A stretch of 64,000 nucleotides of DNA, taken from the NCBI GenBank assembly GCA_025358055.1, contig JANYKV010000063.1:11569-75568 (forward strand). Reading direction: 5' to 3'. This document shows positions 48,698-56,696 of this stretch, piece after piece. Position 1 is the first letter of the stretch. Every line of letters starts with the position of its first letter. Below the pieces are notes generated by a model. That model was not told where the DNA came from. It searched no databases and saw only the letters and a program-made list of their open reading frames with translations. The translations under genes and the position numbers were made by a program. Source of the stretch: Gemmatimonadota bacterium. GTDB taxonomy: Bacteria; Gemmatimonadota; Gemmatimonadetes; Gemmatimonadales; GWC2-71-9.

Positions 48698-49882
48698 ATG
48701 GCCGAATTCGTCGATGTGACGATGCCCACGGATCAATCGGAGGGCACGGAGTCTGTGGTGGCCCAATGGTTTCGCGCGGTCGGCGAAGCCGTCAGGATCA
48801 ACGACCCGCTGCTGGAGATCAGCACCGACAAAGTAACGGTCGAAATCGCGGCCCCGACGAGCGGCGTCCTGTGCGAGATCCTGAAACCCGAAGCGGAGCA
48901 GGTCAGCCCGGGAGAGGTACTCGGCCGCATCGAAGTCGGTGGCAACGCGGCTGCGGTGGATTCGCCTGCCCTGAGCGCAACCGGAGTGACTCCGAGCGCC
49001 GCGGCCGCCAAACCCGCCCCCCTACCTGGCGGCGGCCCGGAGGATTTCAGCCCTGCAGTTCGGAAGCTGCTCAAGCAACACGGCCTCAGCGCGGCGGATG
49101 TGACGGGGACCGGTCGCGGGGGCCGCATCACGGCAGAGGACGTCGAAGCCGCCGCGAGCAAACGCTCCGCGCCGGCCTCGGCGTCTGGAATCCCAAGCCG
49201 GATGATTCCTCATTCGTCCTTGAGGCGAAGCATTGCCCATCATATGGCGCAGAGCATGCAGACAGCGCCCCACGTTACCACGGTCTTTGAGTGCGACCTG
49301 ACCGCGGTGATTGCCGATCGCGAACAACACCAGGCCGAGTTCATGGCACGCGGGACGAAACTCACGTTCACCGCGTACTTTGTGCGCGCCGCGGTCGCCG
49401 CCCTTCGCGCCGTTCCTGAAGTCAACAGTCGTTGGCACGACGCGGGGCTCGAGGTCTTCGAGGATTGCAACATCGGGATCGGGACGGCGCTCCCGGCCGG
49501 AGGATTGATCGTGCCGGTGATTCACCACGGCCAGGCGCTCGATCTCCTCGGGATCGCAACTCGGCTCCAAGATCTCACCACCCGGGCCCGCGCGGGCGCG
49601 CTCACACCCGCGGACGTGCAACACGGGACGTTCACCATTTCCAACCACGGGGTGAGCGGCAGTCTTTTCGCGGCGCCGATTATCATCAACCAGCCCCAAT
49701 CTGCCATCCTGGGAATCGGCAAGCTGGAGCCGCGTGTCGTGCCGAACCCCACTAGTGGAGTCTTGACGCCGACGATCCGGCCTCGGCTCTACGTCACATT
49801 GACGATCGATCACCGGGTACTGGATGGATTCCAAGCCAACAGTTTCCTCGCCAAATGGGTGGAAACCATCGAGAACGTGTGA
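48698..49882 (+). CDS. 2-oxoacid dehydrogenase E2 (lipoyl-dependent dihydrolipoamide acyltransferase)
   Basis: ATG at 48698 with GAGGAG upstream. Lipoyl domain LLEISTDKVTVEIAAP, an Ala/Pro linker, a subunit-binding PAVRKLLKQHGL motif, and a catalytic DHRVLDG. Confidence 0.85.
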   Translation: MAEFVDVTMPTDQSEGTESVVAQWFRAVGEAVRINDPLLEISTDKVTVEIAAPTSGVLCEILKPEAEQVSPGEVLGRIEVGGNAAAVDSPALSATGVTPSAAAAKPAPLPGGGPEDFSPAVRKLLKQHGLSAADVTGTGRGGRITAEDVEAAASKRSAPASASGIPSRMIPHSSLRRSIAHHMAQSMQTAPHVTTVFECDLTAVIADREQHQAEFMARGTKLTFTAYFVRAAVAALRAVPEVNSRWHDAGLEVFEDCNIGIGTALPAGGLIVPVIHHGQALDLLGIATRLQDLTTRARAGALTPADVQHGTFTISNHGVSGSLFAAPIIINQPQSAILGIGKLEPRVVPNPTSGVLTPTIRPRLYVTLTIDHRVLDGFQANSFLAKWVETIENV

Positions 49883-49924
49883 GAAAGACGAACGGCGGTC
49901 ACCATCCCATGCTTGGAGTATCGA

Positions 49925-50932
49925 ATGAAAGTGGCCAGAGCCAACGTGCTCGTGTTGGACGATGTGGCGATTGCGGAGATGATTTCGATGGCCAAGGTGA
50001 TCGAATTGGTGCGAGAGGCCTTTGCCGCGGATGCCAACGGCGAAGTCAGCACGATGCCGGTGGTGGGTCACACCCTGCCGAACCACGACGGCGCCCGATA
50101 CGGCATCAAATCCTCGCACCTTCGCATGCGGGGTCGGTCCGGCGAAGTTCTCGGCCTCAAGACCGGTGGGTACTGGCCCAGCAACACCAATCGCAAGTTA
50201 CCGACCCACTATGCCGTCATTCTCCTCACCGACCCGGAGACGGGGCAGCCCGTGGCGCTGATGGCGGCCAACGTCATCACCAGCCTACGGACAGCGGCCG
50301 GTGGGGCCGTGGCGGCTCAGTATCTCGCCCGGGCTGATGCGTCACGGGTGGCCGTCATCGGCGCGGGAGAGCAGGCCCACGTTCAACTTGAGGCGTTGTG
50401 TGAAGTGCGTCCCGTCAAAGAGGTCCACGTTTGGGCCCGACGCAGAGAGGCGGCCCAGAGCTACGTCGACCATTGTTCCGCGAAGGGGCTCACCGCGACG
50501 GCCACCGCGAGTGCCCAGGAAGCGGTTGCGTCCGCCGACATTATTCTGACCACCACCCCCTCGCGGACACCGGTCGTGATGTCCCACTGGGTGAAGGCGG
50601 GTACCCACATCACCGCGGTAGGATCCGATTCGCCGGGCAAACAGGAACTCGAGGTAGCACTCTTGGCGCGCGCCAAGGTCGTGGTGGACAAAATCAGCCA
50701 AAGCACCACCATTGGCGAAATGCAGCATGCGCTTGGGTTGGGAGGGTTGGGGCCGACTCACATTTATGCCGAGCTCGGGGAGTTGTGCGTGGGTCGGAAA
50801 GCGGGCCGGACCTCGGAGGAAGAGATCACCGTGTTCGATTCGAGCGGCGTGTCGTTTCAGGACATGGTGGTCGCCGGCCACCTACTCAACCTTGCCAAGG
50901 CGAACCAGCGCGGTACCATAGTGACGCTGTAA
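49925..50932 (+). CDS. ornithine cyclodeaminase / mu-crystallin family NAD(P) enzyme
   Basis: ATG at 49925 with GGAG 6 nt upstream. Family-typical LRTAAGGAVAA and Rossmann VAVIGAGEQA. Confidence 0.8.
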   Translation: MKVARANVLVLDDVAIAEMISMAKVIELVREAFAADANGEVSTMPVVGHTLPNHDGARYGIKSSHLRMRGRSGEVLGLKTGGYWPSNTNRKLPTHYAVILLTDPETGQPVALMAANVITSLRTAAGGAVAAQYLARADASRVAVIGAGEQAHVQLEALCEVRPVKEVHVWARRREAAQSYVDHCSAKGLTATATASAQEAVASADIILTTTPSRTPVVMSHWVKAGTHITAVGSDSPGKQELEVALLARAKVVVDKISQSTTIGEMQHALGLGGLGPTHIYAELGELCVGRKAGRTSEEEITVFDSSGVSFQDMVVAGHLLNLAKANQRGTIVTL

Positions 50933-50982
50933 TTGAGCCTCAGAACGGCCATCCTGGTTTCCCCGACCCCGTAGGGACTTTC

Positions 50983-51906
50983 ATGACCCGTCGAATTGCC
51001 ACCGCAGCACTCTTGAGCGCGGTATTTGTCTCCGGCACTCATCGCTCCCTCCGGGCGCAGGGACGATTGCCGGAGCACACTTTTCTGTCCGCGGGTGCGA
51101 CCATGCACTACTCGGAACTGGGCCCCAAGACTGGAGTGCCACTGGTGGTGCTGAGCGGGGGACCAGGATTCGACTATTGGTATCTCACGCTGAGCAGCGC
51201 GTGGCGCAAGATCGCGGTAGAGCGCCGGGTGGTATTCCTCGTGCAGCGCGGAACGGGTGCCTCCGCCCCTGTCGGCCCTAAAGATTCCGTCACGATTGCA
51301 GATTTCGTCGCGGATATCGACGCTCTACGAAAGACTCTCGGCACCGATAAGATTGACCTCCTCGGTCACTCTTTTGGCGGCTATCTCGCGATGGCCTATG
51401 CGGCAAAACATGGCGACCGGCTTGCTCATTTCATTTTGATGGATTCGGCGGCGCCCAAATTCTCCGAGACCTTATTTCTGTTTGCCCAGGCGTTCCCGGA
51501 GAATGTGGGATGGCAAGAAAGGTTTGCCAAGGGACTCTCGACCGGCGACACGGCCGCGATGACTTCGGCGACGAACACCTACATGTCCATGGTGTGGTAT
51601 TCGCCCGCGAATCGGGACCGGTTTCTCAAGGAGTCTCGGGGTATCGGCTTCAACCGGCACCAATACAATCAGCTGCAGCGGGACATGAATAATGTGGATC
51701 TCAAGCCGGTGCTCGCGTCATTCAACTTCCCCACCTTAGTCATCACCGGCCGTTATGACATGAATGTCGCCCCGCTGACTGCGTACCAGACGCACCAGGC
51801 AATTCGGGGTTCGGCGTTCGAAGTGTTCGAACGCAGCAGCCACATGCCGTTCTATGAAGAGCCGGATCGTTTCGCAATGGTGGTGGGCGATTTCCTGCGG
51901 AAATAA
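50983..51906 (+). CDS. secreted alpha/beta hydrolase (proline-iminopeptidase-like)
   Basis: Start at MTRRIATAALLSAVFVSGT. LSGGPG oxyanion region and nucleophile elbow LLGHSFGG. The 5' part of ORF-track entry 50431..51906 overlaps the OCD gene and was discarded. Confidence 0.75.
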   Translation: MTRRIATAALLSAVFVSGTHRSLRAQGRLPEHTFLSAGATMHYSELGPKTGVPLVVLSGGPGFDYWYLTLSSAWRKIAVERRVVFLVQRGTGASAPVGPKDSVTIADFVADIDALRKTLGTDKIDLLGHSFGGYLAMAYAAKHGDRLAHFILMDSAAPKFSETLFLFAQAFPENVGWQERFAKGLSTGDTAAMTSATNTYMSMVWYSPANRDRFLKESRGIGFNRHQYNQLQRDMNNVDLKPVLASFNFPTLVITGRYDMNVAPLTAYQTHQAIRGSAFEVFERSSHMPFYEEPDRFAMVVGDFLRK

Positions 51907-51912
51907 GCAGCG

Positions 51913-52410
51913 CTACAGCGACTTGAAATACTCGAAGGGCTGCTGGCAACCGGCGCAGGCGTACAACGATTTGCAGGCCGTGGGCCCGAACTCACTGCGG
52001 AGTTCGGTGTTGCTCGACCCACAGAACGGGCAGGCCACTCGCCGGATGGTCGGCCCGAGCGGCACCAGGGGTCCATCTGTGTGTCGGTCCGGCGGTGCGA
52101 TCCCGTAGGCCTTGAGCTTGGCCCTTCCGGACGCGCTGATCCAATCCGTGGACCAGGCCGGAGCAAACACCGTCCTCACTTCGACCCGATCCACGCCAAG
52201 ACGCCGCACCGCGCTGACGATGTCGGTTTCGATCACGTGCATTGCCGGACATCCCGAGTAGGTCGGGGTGATATCGATCCGCACCGTATCGCCCGCCAGG
52301 GTCACATCGCGAACGATTCCCAAGTCCACTACGCTGAGCGCGGGTACTTCAGGGTCCAGGACGTCCTCGAGCGCCTCGTAGATCCGCTCGGTCGTGAGAG
52401 TTACTACCAC
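51913..52410 (-). CDS. paaD: 1,2-phenylacetyl-CoA epoxidase subunit D
   Basis: 165 aa from the GTG at 52410 (7-bp overlap with the paaC stop). DPE.P..S...LG.V motif and C-terminal Cys cluster CPFCGS..T....FG...CK....C..C..PF. Confidence 0.85.
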   Translation of the reverse strand: MVVTLTTERIYEALEDVLDPEVPALSVVDLGIVRDVTLAGDTVRIDITPTYSGCPAMHVIETDIVSAVRRLGVDRVEVRTVFAPAWSTDWISASGRAKLKAYGIAPPDRHTDGPLVPLGPTIRRVACPFCGSSNTELRSEFGPTACKSLYACAGCQQPFEYFKSL

Positions 52411-53174
52411 TTCGCCCCCGGGTGCGATCGCGCCACGATTTGCATCTCGGCCAGCATATGCCCGAGATGCTCGGTGTGAGATCCCCGCCGGATGCCAGGC
52501 GGGGGCGCAGTCACGACGGCGGGCACCATGAGTGTGGCACGCCCCATCACGTCCTGTACCACCAACTGCCACTGCCCGCGAAGGGTCGAGAGTTCGGGGC
52601 TGATCCCGGCGGCGGTCATCGCAACGTCGGCCGCATCGGGCTGAAAAAGCTCCCCAACGTAGGGCCACAACTTGTCCATGGCGTGTTGCATGCGTCCGTG
52701 ACTCTCTTCGGTGCCGTCGCCGAGCCGGATGACCCATTCTCCACTGTGCCGCACATGGTACCGGTCTTCCTTGACGCACTTGCCGGCCAGAGCTGCCAGG
52801 CCGGTGTGACTACAGGCTTGGAGTGTATCCATGAGATGGAAACTGTACACGTCAAAGAGAAATTGCCGAGCGATGGTGAACCCAAAATCTCCGATGGGCA
52901 GTTCCACCAAGCGGACGTTACGAAAGGCGATTTCATCCCGGAGATAGGCGAGGGCGTCCGCATCCCGCCCTTTGCCTTCGACCTGTCCCGCGAGATTCAG
53001 AAGAGTGGAGGCCTGACCGAGAAGGTCGAGCGCCATGTTCGTGACCGCGATGTCCTCTTCGAGAATTGGCCCGTGCGCGCACCATTCCGACAAACGATTT
53101 CCGAGCACCAGACGGTCATCGCCCAAGCCCAACAGGTAGTCGAACAGCAATACAGGATCGGCCGACATTGGCAC
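52404..53174 (-). CDS. paaC: 1,2-phenylacetyl-CoA epoxidase subunit C
   Basis: 256 aa, ferritin-like. LGDD.L.LG.RLSEWC, and positioned between paaB and paaD. Confidence 0.85.
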   Translation of the reverse strand: MPMSADPVLLFDYLLGLGDDRLVLGNRLSEWCAHGPILEEDIAVTNMALDLLGQASTLLNLAGQVEGKGRDADALAYLRDEIAFRNVRLVELPIGDFGFTIARQFLFDVYSFHLMDTLQACSHTGLAALAGKCVKEDRYHVRHSGEWVIRLGDGTEESHGRMQHAMDKLWPYVGELFQPDAADVAMTAAGISPELSTLRGQWQLVVQDVMGRATLMVPAVVTAPPPGIRRGSHTEHLGHMLAEMQIVARSHPGAKW

Positions 53175-53177
53175 TCC

Positions 53178-53486
53178 TCAAAACACGCGCACGCCTTGCG
53201 GTACTTTGTAGAATTGCGGGTGGCGATACGCCTTGTCACTGGCAGGATCGAAGAACGGACCGGTGTCGCTGGGACTCGTCGCCGCAATCACCGCGGTCGG
53301 AACCACCCAGATACTCACCGCCTCGCCCCGGCGCGCATAGACGTCCCGCGCGTTCTGGAGCGCGATCTCCGCATCGGGAGCGTGGACGCTGCCGGCGTGC
53401 TCATGAGGAGCGCCGGACTTCGCCTGGGTGAACACCTCCCACAGAGGCCACTGACCGTCGGTTCCACTCTTGGCGTCATTCGACAT
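53178..53486 (-). CDS. paaB: 1,2-phenylacetyl-CoA epoxidase subunit B
   Basis: 102 aa. WPLWEVF...H.HAGS.HA.D...AL..ARDVY.RR is typical of PaaB. Confidence 0.9.
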   Translation of the reverse strand: MSNDAKSGTDGQWPLWEVFTQAKSGAPHEHAGSVHAPDAEIALQNARDVYARRGEAVSIWVVPTAVIAATSPSDTGPFFDPASDKAYRHPQFYKVPQGVRVF

Positions 53487-53497
53487 GGTCGCTCACA

Positions 53498-54475
53498 TTA
53501 CGCTGCGGTGGATTGGGCGCGCCCGCGCTGTTTTGCCGCGTACGCTTCGGCTGCCTGCCGAACCCAGGCGCCCTCCGCATGAGCTCGGCGTCGAGCCTCG
53601 AGCCGTTCCCGGTTACAGGGACCGTTCCCCTTGATCACGTTGAAGAACTCATCCCAATTGATCGGCCCGATCTCCCAATGATTGGTGTCAGTGTTGTGCT
53701 TGAGATCGGGGTCGGGTAGCACCAGGGCAATCGCGTGAGCCTGGGGAACGGTCAAGTCGACAAAGCGCTGGCGGAGCTCATCATTGCTCTTTCGCTTCAC
53801 CTTCCAGCGCAGGAGCTCGGCACTGTGCGGCGAATCCTTGTCGCTCGGTCCGAACATCATGAGCGAGGGCCACCACCAGCGGTTCAGGGCGTCTTGGGCC
53901 ATCGCTTTCTGGGCTGGGGTCCCTTTCGACAGGGTAGCCATGATCTCGTAGCCTTGACGCTTATGAAAATTCTCCTCTTTGCAGATTCGGAGCATCGCCC
54001 TTGCGTACGGACCATACGAGCACTTGGCCAAGACGGTTTGGTTCACGATCGCCGCACCATCTACTAGCCAGCCTATGGCGCCCATATCGGCCCACGTGAG
54101 GGTGGGATAGTTGAAGATGCTGGAGTACTTCGCTGTTCCGCTCAGTAGTTGATCGATGAGATCGTGGCGATCCACGCCCAGCGTCTCCGTCCCGCAGTAG
54201 ATGTAAAGCCCGTGCCCACCCTCATCCTGCACCTTCGCGAGCAGGGACATCTTGCGACGAAGACTAGGAGCTCGGGTGATCCAATTTCCCTCCGGCAGCA
54301 TGCCCACGACTTCCGAGTGCGCATGCTGCGACATCATCCGGATCAGTTGCTTCCGGTATCGCTCGGGCATCCAGTCTTTGGGTTCGATGGTCTCACCCGC
54401 GGCAATCCGCCCCTCAAAAGCGGCGACCCGAATGGGATCGTCCGCTGCGGGTTGAGCGACGTTGGATGGGGTCAT
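53498..54475 (-). CDS. paaA: 1,2-phenylacetyl-CoA epoxidase catalytic subunit A
   Basis: Start at MTPSNVAQ (ATG 54475, GGAG upstream). Di-iron ferritin-like motifs ([22 protein letters not shown]). Confidence 0.9.
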   Translation of the reverse strand: MTPSNVAQPAADDPIRVAAFEGRIAAGETIEPKDWMPERYRKQLIRMMSQHAHSEVVGMLPEGNWITRAPSLRRKMSLLAKVQDEGGHGLYIYCGTETLGVDRHDLIDQLLSGTAKYSSIFNYPTLTWADMGAIGWLVDGAAIVNQTVLAKCSYGPYARAMLRICKEENFHKRQGYEIMATLSKGTPAQKAMAQDALNRWWWPSLMMFGPSDKDSPHSAELLRWKVKRKSNDELRQRFVDLTVPQAHAIALVLPDPDLKHNTDTNHWEIGPINWDEFFNVIKGNGPCNRERLEARRRAHAEGAWVRQAAEAYAAKQRGRAQSTAA

Positions 54476-54489
54476 GGGGCATCTCCATT

Positions 54490-54499
54490 TGGTATACAA
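54490..54499. promoter_or_regulatory. GTATAC-core palindrome site 2 (TGGTATACAA) just upstream of paaA
   Basis: 15-24 nt upstream of the paaA ATG, immediately 5' of its Shine-Dalgarno. 9/10 identical to TTGTATACAA at 44105. Confidence 0.4.
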
Positions 54500-54509
54500 C
54501 CTTTTGCTT

Positions 54510-54538
54510 ACTCTATATAAAACAATAGTTTAAGCCAA
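54510..54538 (-). promoter_or_regulatory. putative sigma-70-type promoter of paaABCD
   Basis: On the minus strand: -35 TTGGCT (54533-54538), a 17-nt spacer, and -10 TAGAGT (54510-54515). It lies in the only strongly AT-rich stretch of the intergenic region. This geometry places site 2 at about +4 to +13. Confidence 0.3.
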
Positions 54539-54629
54539 TTCGCAATCGTCGCGAGCGAGGGCCCGCCAACCCGAAAAATCGCAAGAATGCTTTACCCGCG
54601 CTCGGCTGGGCTGGAAGCAATCGTGCAGC

Positions 54630-54649
54630 CCCTGACCCCGTCAGGGTTT
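54630..54649 (+). terminator. short GC hairpin followed by TTT in the paaA / crotonase intergenic region
   Basis: CCCTGAC (54630-54636), loop CCC, GTCAGGG (54640-54646), then TTTA. No upstream plus-strand gene is annotated, so its role is unclear (attenuator, sRNA end, or chance). Confidence 0.25.
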
Positions 54650-54696
54650 AGGCGACCGGGGCCCCTCCTTCCCCCCGGTGTATCCGCCGCCCATGT

Positions 54697-55512
54697 TTGG
54701 GGCGGCCATCACCGAACCCAGGAAAGCGAGACACTATAGTGCCCGAACCTGCTGACATCAACGCCGGACACGTGACTACCTCGATCGACCAGGGAATCGG
54801 GACCATCGAATTCTTCCATCCCAAGGGCAACTCCCTTCCTGGGGCCATCCTTGCCCAACTCGCGGACTCAGTTCGATCCTTCGGGACCGATCCGAACGTC
54901 AAAGCAATCATTCTTCGGAGCGGGGGAAGCGGGCCATTTTGTGGCGGGGCTTCGTTTGCGGAGTTGCAAGCGGTGCGCGATAAAGTGATGGGAAAGAAAT
55001 TCTTCAGCGGCTTTGCGAATCTCATCATCGCGATGAAGGACGCACCAAAGTTCATCATCTGCCGAGTCCACGGGAAGGCGGTGGGCGGCGGGGTTGGCGT
55101 AACGGCGGCGTCCGACTATGCCTTGGCTACGAACAGCGCGGCGGTGAAGCTCAGCGAACTCACGGTGGGCATCGGCCCGTTCGTGGTCGGGCCAGTGATC
55201 GAGAAGAAAATCGGCACCGGCGCCTTCGCGGCAATGTCGGTCGATGCCGAGTGGCGGGATGCCGAGTGGGCCAGACAACACGGGCTCTATGCGGCCACTT
55301 ATGCGACGATGGATGCCCTGGACGCCGCGGTCGGACAGATCGCGACGAAGTTGGCCAGCTGCAACCCGGAGGCAATGGCTCTGCTCAAGCGAGTATTTTG
55401 GGAGGGTACTAATGATTGGCGTGCTCTGCTCGCCGCGCGTGCTGAGATGAGCGGTACCCTCGTGCTCTCCGAGTTCACCAAGCGGGCCATTGGCCTATCG
55501 GCCGGCCGATAA
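54697..55512 (+). CDS. enoyl-CoA hydratase/isomerase (crotonase) family protein
   Basis: GIGTIEFFHP.GNSLP, ILRSGG.GPFCGGASF, HGKAVGGGVGV. The start is uncertain (TTG 54697 or GTG 54739). It could supply the PaaF step, but that cannot be shown from the sequence. Confidence 0.7.
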   Translation: MGRPSPNPGKRDTIVPEPADINAGHVTTSIDQGIGTIEFFHPKGNSLPGAILAQLADSVRSFGTDPNVKAIILRSGGSGPFCGGASFAELQAVRDKVMGKKFFSGFANLIIAMKDAPKFIICRVHGKAVGGGVGVTAASDYALATNSAAVKLSELTVGIGPFVVGPVIEKKIGTGAFAAMSVDAEWRDAEWARQHGLYAATYATMDALDAAVGQIATKLASCNPEAMALLKRVFWEGTNDWRALLAARAEMSGTLVLSEFTKRAIGLSAGR

Positions 55513-55525
55513 AGGAGTCCTTCTC

Positions 55526-56650
55526 ATGGAGTTTGATACTCTTGCGGTTCATGCCGGGTCGCATATCGACCCGGCTACCCGCGCTGTGACATCACCGATC
55601 CATCTTTCCACCACATTTGAGCGGGCCGCCGATCTGAGCTTTCCCGGCGGGCACAACTATATCCGCAGCGGCAACCCGAATCGGGCGGCGCTTGAGGAAT
55701 GTCTAACTTTGTTGGAGGGGGGCGCTGCCACGGCGGCCTTTTCTTCAGGTCAGGCGGCCACGGCCAGTGTATTTCAAGCGCTTCGTCCCGGAGATCACGT
55801 GGTGGCTCCTCTCGACGCCTACTACGGGACGCCCAAATTGCTTCGGGAGGTGTTCTCGCCCTGGGGGCTCGAGGCAAGCTTCGTCGATATGACAAACCTC
55901 GATGAAGTACGAAAGGCGGTGCGCCCGAACACCAAGCTCATTTGGGTCGAGACTCCCTCGAATCCGGTCATCCGAGTTACGGACATCGCGGGCGTGGCCG
56001 AGATAGCACAAAGAGCTAAAGCTCATTTGGCCTGTGACAACACATGGGCAACCCCAATGCTGCAACGGCCATTTGACCTCGGCGCCGACCTCGTGATGCA
56101 CTCGACGACAAAGTATCTCGGCGGGCACAGCGACCTTCAGGGCGGGGCGATTGTAACGAAAAAACAAGACGAGATGTTCAAGCGCATCCGCTTGGTGCAA
56201 GTCGAAGGAGGCGCCGTCCCTTCGCCATTCGATTGCTGGCTCCTTTTGCGGGGAATCCGGAGCCTGCCCCATCGAATGCGAGGGCATTGCGAGAATGCGA
56301 GGCGGGTCGCGGAATACCTCGCTTCCCACCGCGCTGTTGAGGTCGTCCACTATCCCGGGCTTTCAACTCACGTGGGGCATAGCATTGCTCAGCGGCAGAT
56401 GAAGGATTTCGGCGGAATGCTTTCATTCCAAGTCCATGGCGGGCGAGCGGAAGCCGTCGCGCTGACTGAGCGGCTCGCACTTTTCACCCGAGCGACCAGT
56501 TTGGGCGGCCCCGAAAGCCTGATCGAACACCGCGCCTCGGTCGAAGGCCCCACCACTCGGACGCCGGAAAGCCTGCTCCGAGTATCCGTGGGCCTCGAGC
56601 ACCCGGAGGATCTGATCGCGGACCTCCGGAATGCTCTCGGCTCGAGGTAG
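55526..56650 (+). CDS. Cys/Met-metabolism PLP-dependent enzyme (cystathionine gamma-synthase / gamma-lyase / beta-lyase family)
   Basis: ATG at 55526 with AAAGGAG upstream. PLP-lysine motif [12 protein letters not shown]. Confidence 0.85.
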   Translation: MEFDTLAVHAGSHIDPATRAVTSPIHLSTTFERAADLSFPGGHNYIRSGNPNRAALEECLTLLEGGAATAAFSSGQAATASVFQALRPGDHVVAPLDAYYGTPKLLREVFSPWGLEASFVDMTNLDEVRKAVRPNTKLIWVETPSNPVIRVTDIAGVAEIAQRAKAHLACDNTWATPMLQRPFDLGADLVMHSTTKYLGGHSDLQGGAIVTKKQDEMFKRIRLVQVEGGAVPSPFDCWLLLRGIRSLPHRMRGHCENARRVAEYLASHRAVEVVHYPGLSTHVGHSIAQRQMKDFGGMLSFQVHGGRAEAVALTERLALFTRATSLGGPESLIEHRASVEGPTTRTPESLLRVSVGLEHPEDLIADLRNALGSR

Positions 56651-56696
56651 CAACCCGGGCTTAAACCTCGGCCAATCCGGCCGATACTGGGGACTT

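Noticed and set aside
54542-54624. Direct repeat GCAATCGT at 54542-54549 and 54617-54624 in the paaA upstream region
   Set aside because: A single repeated 8-mer within about 260 bp is roughly what chance predicts when all pairs are considered. There is no third copy or palindromic structure.
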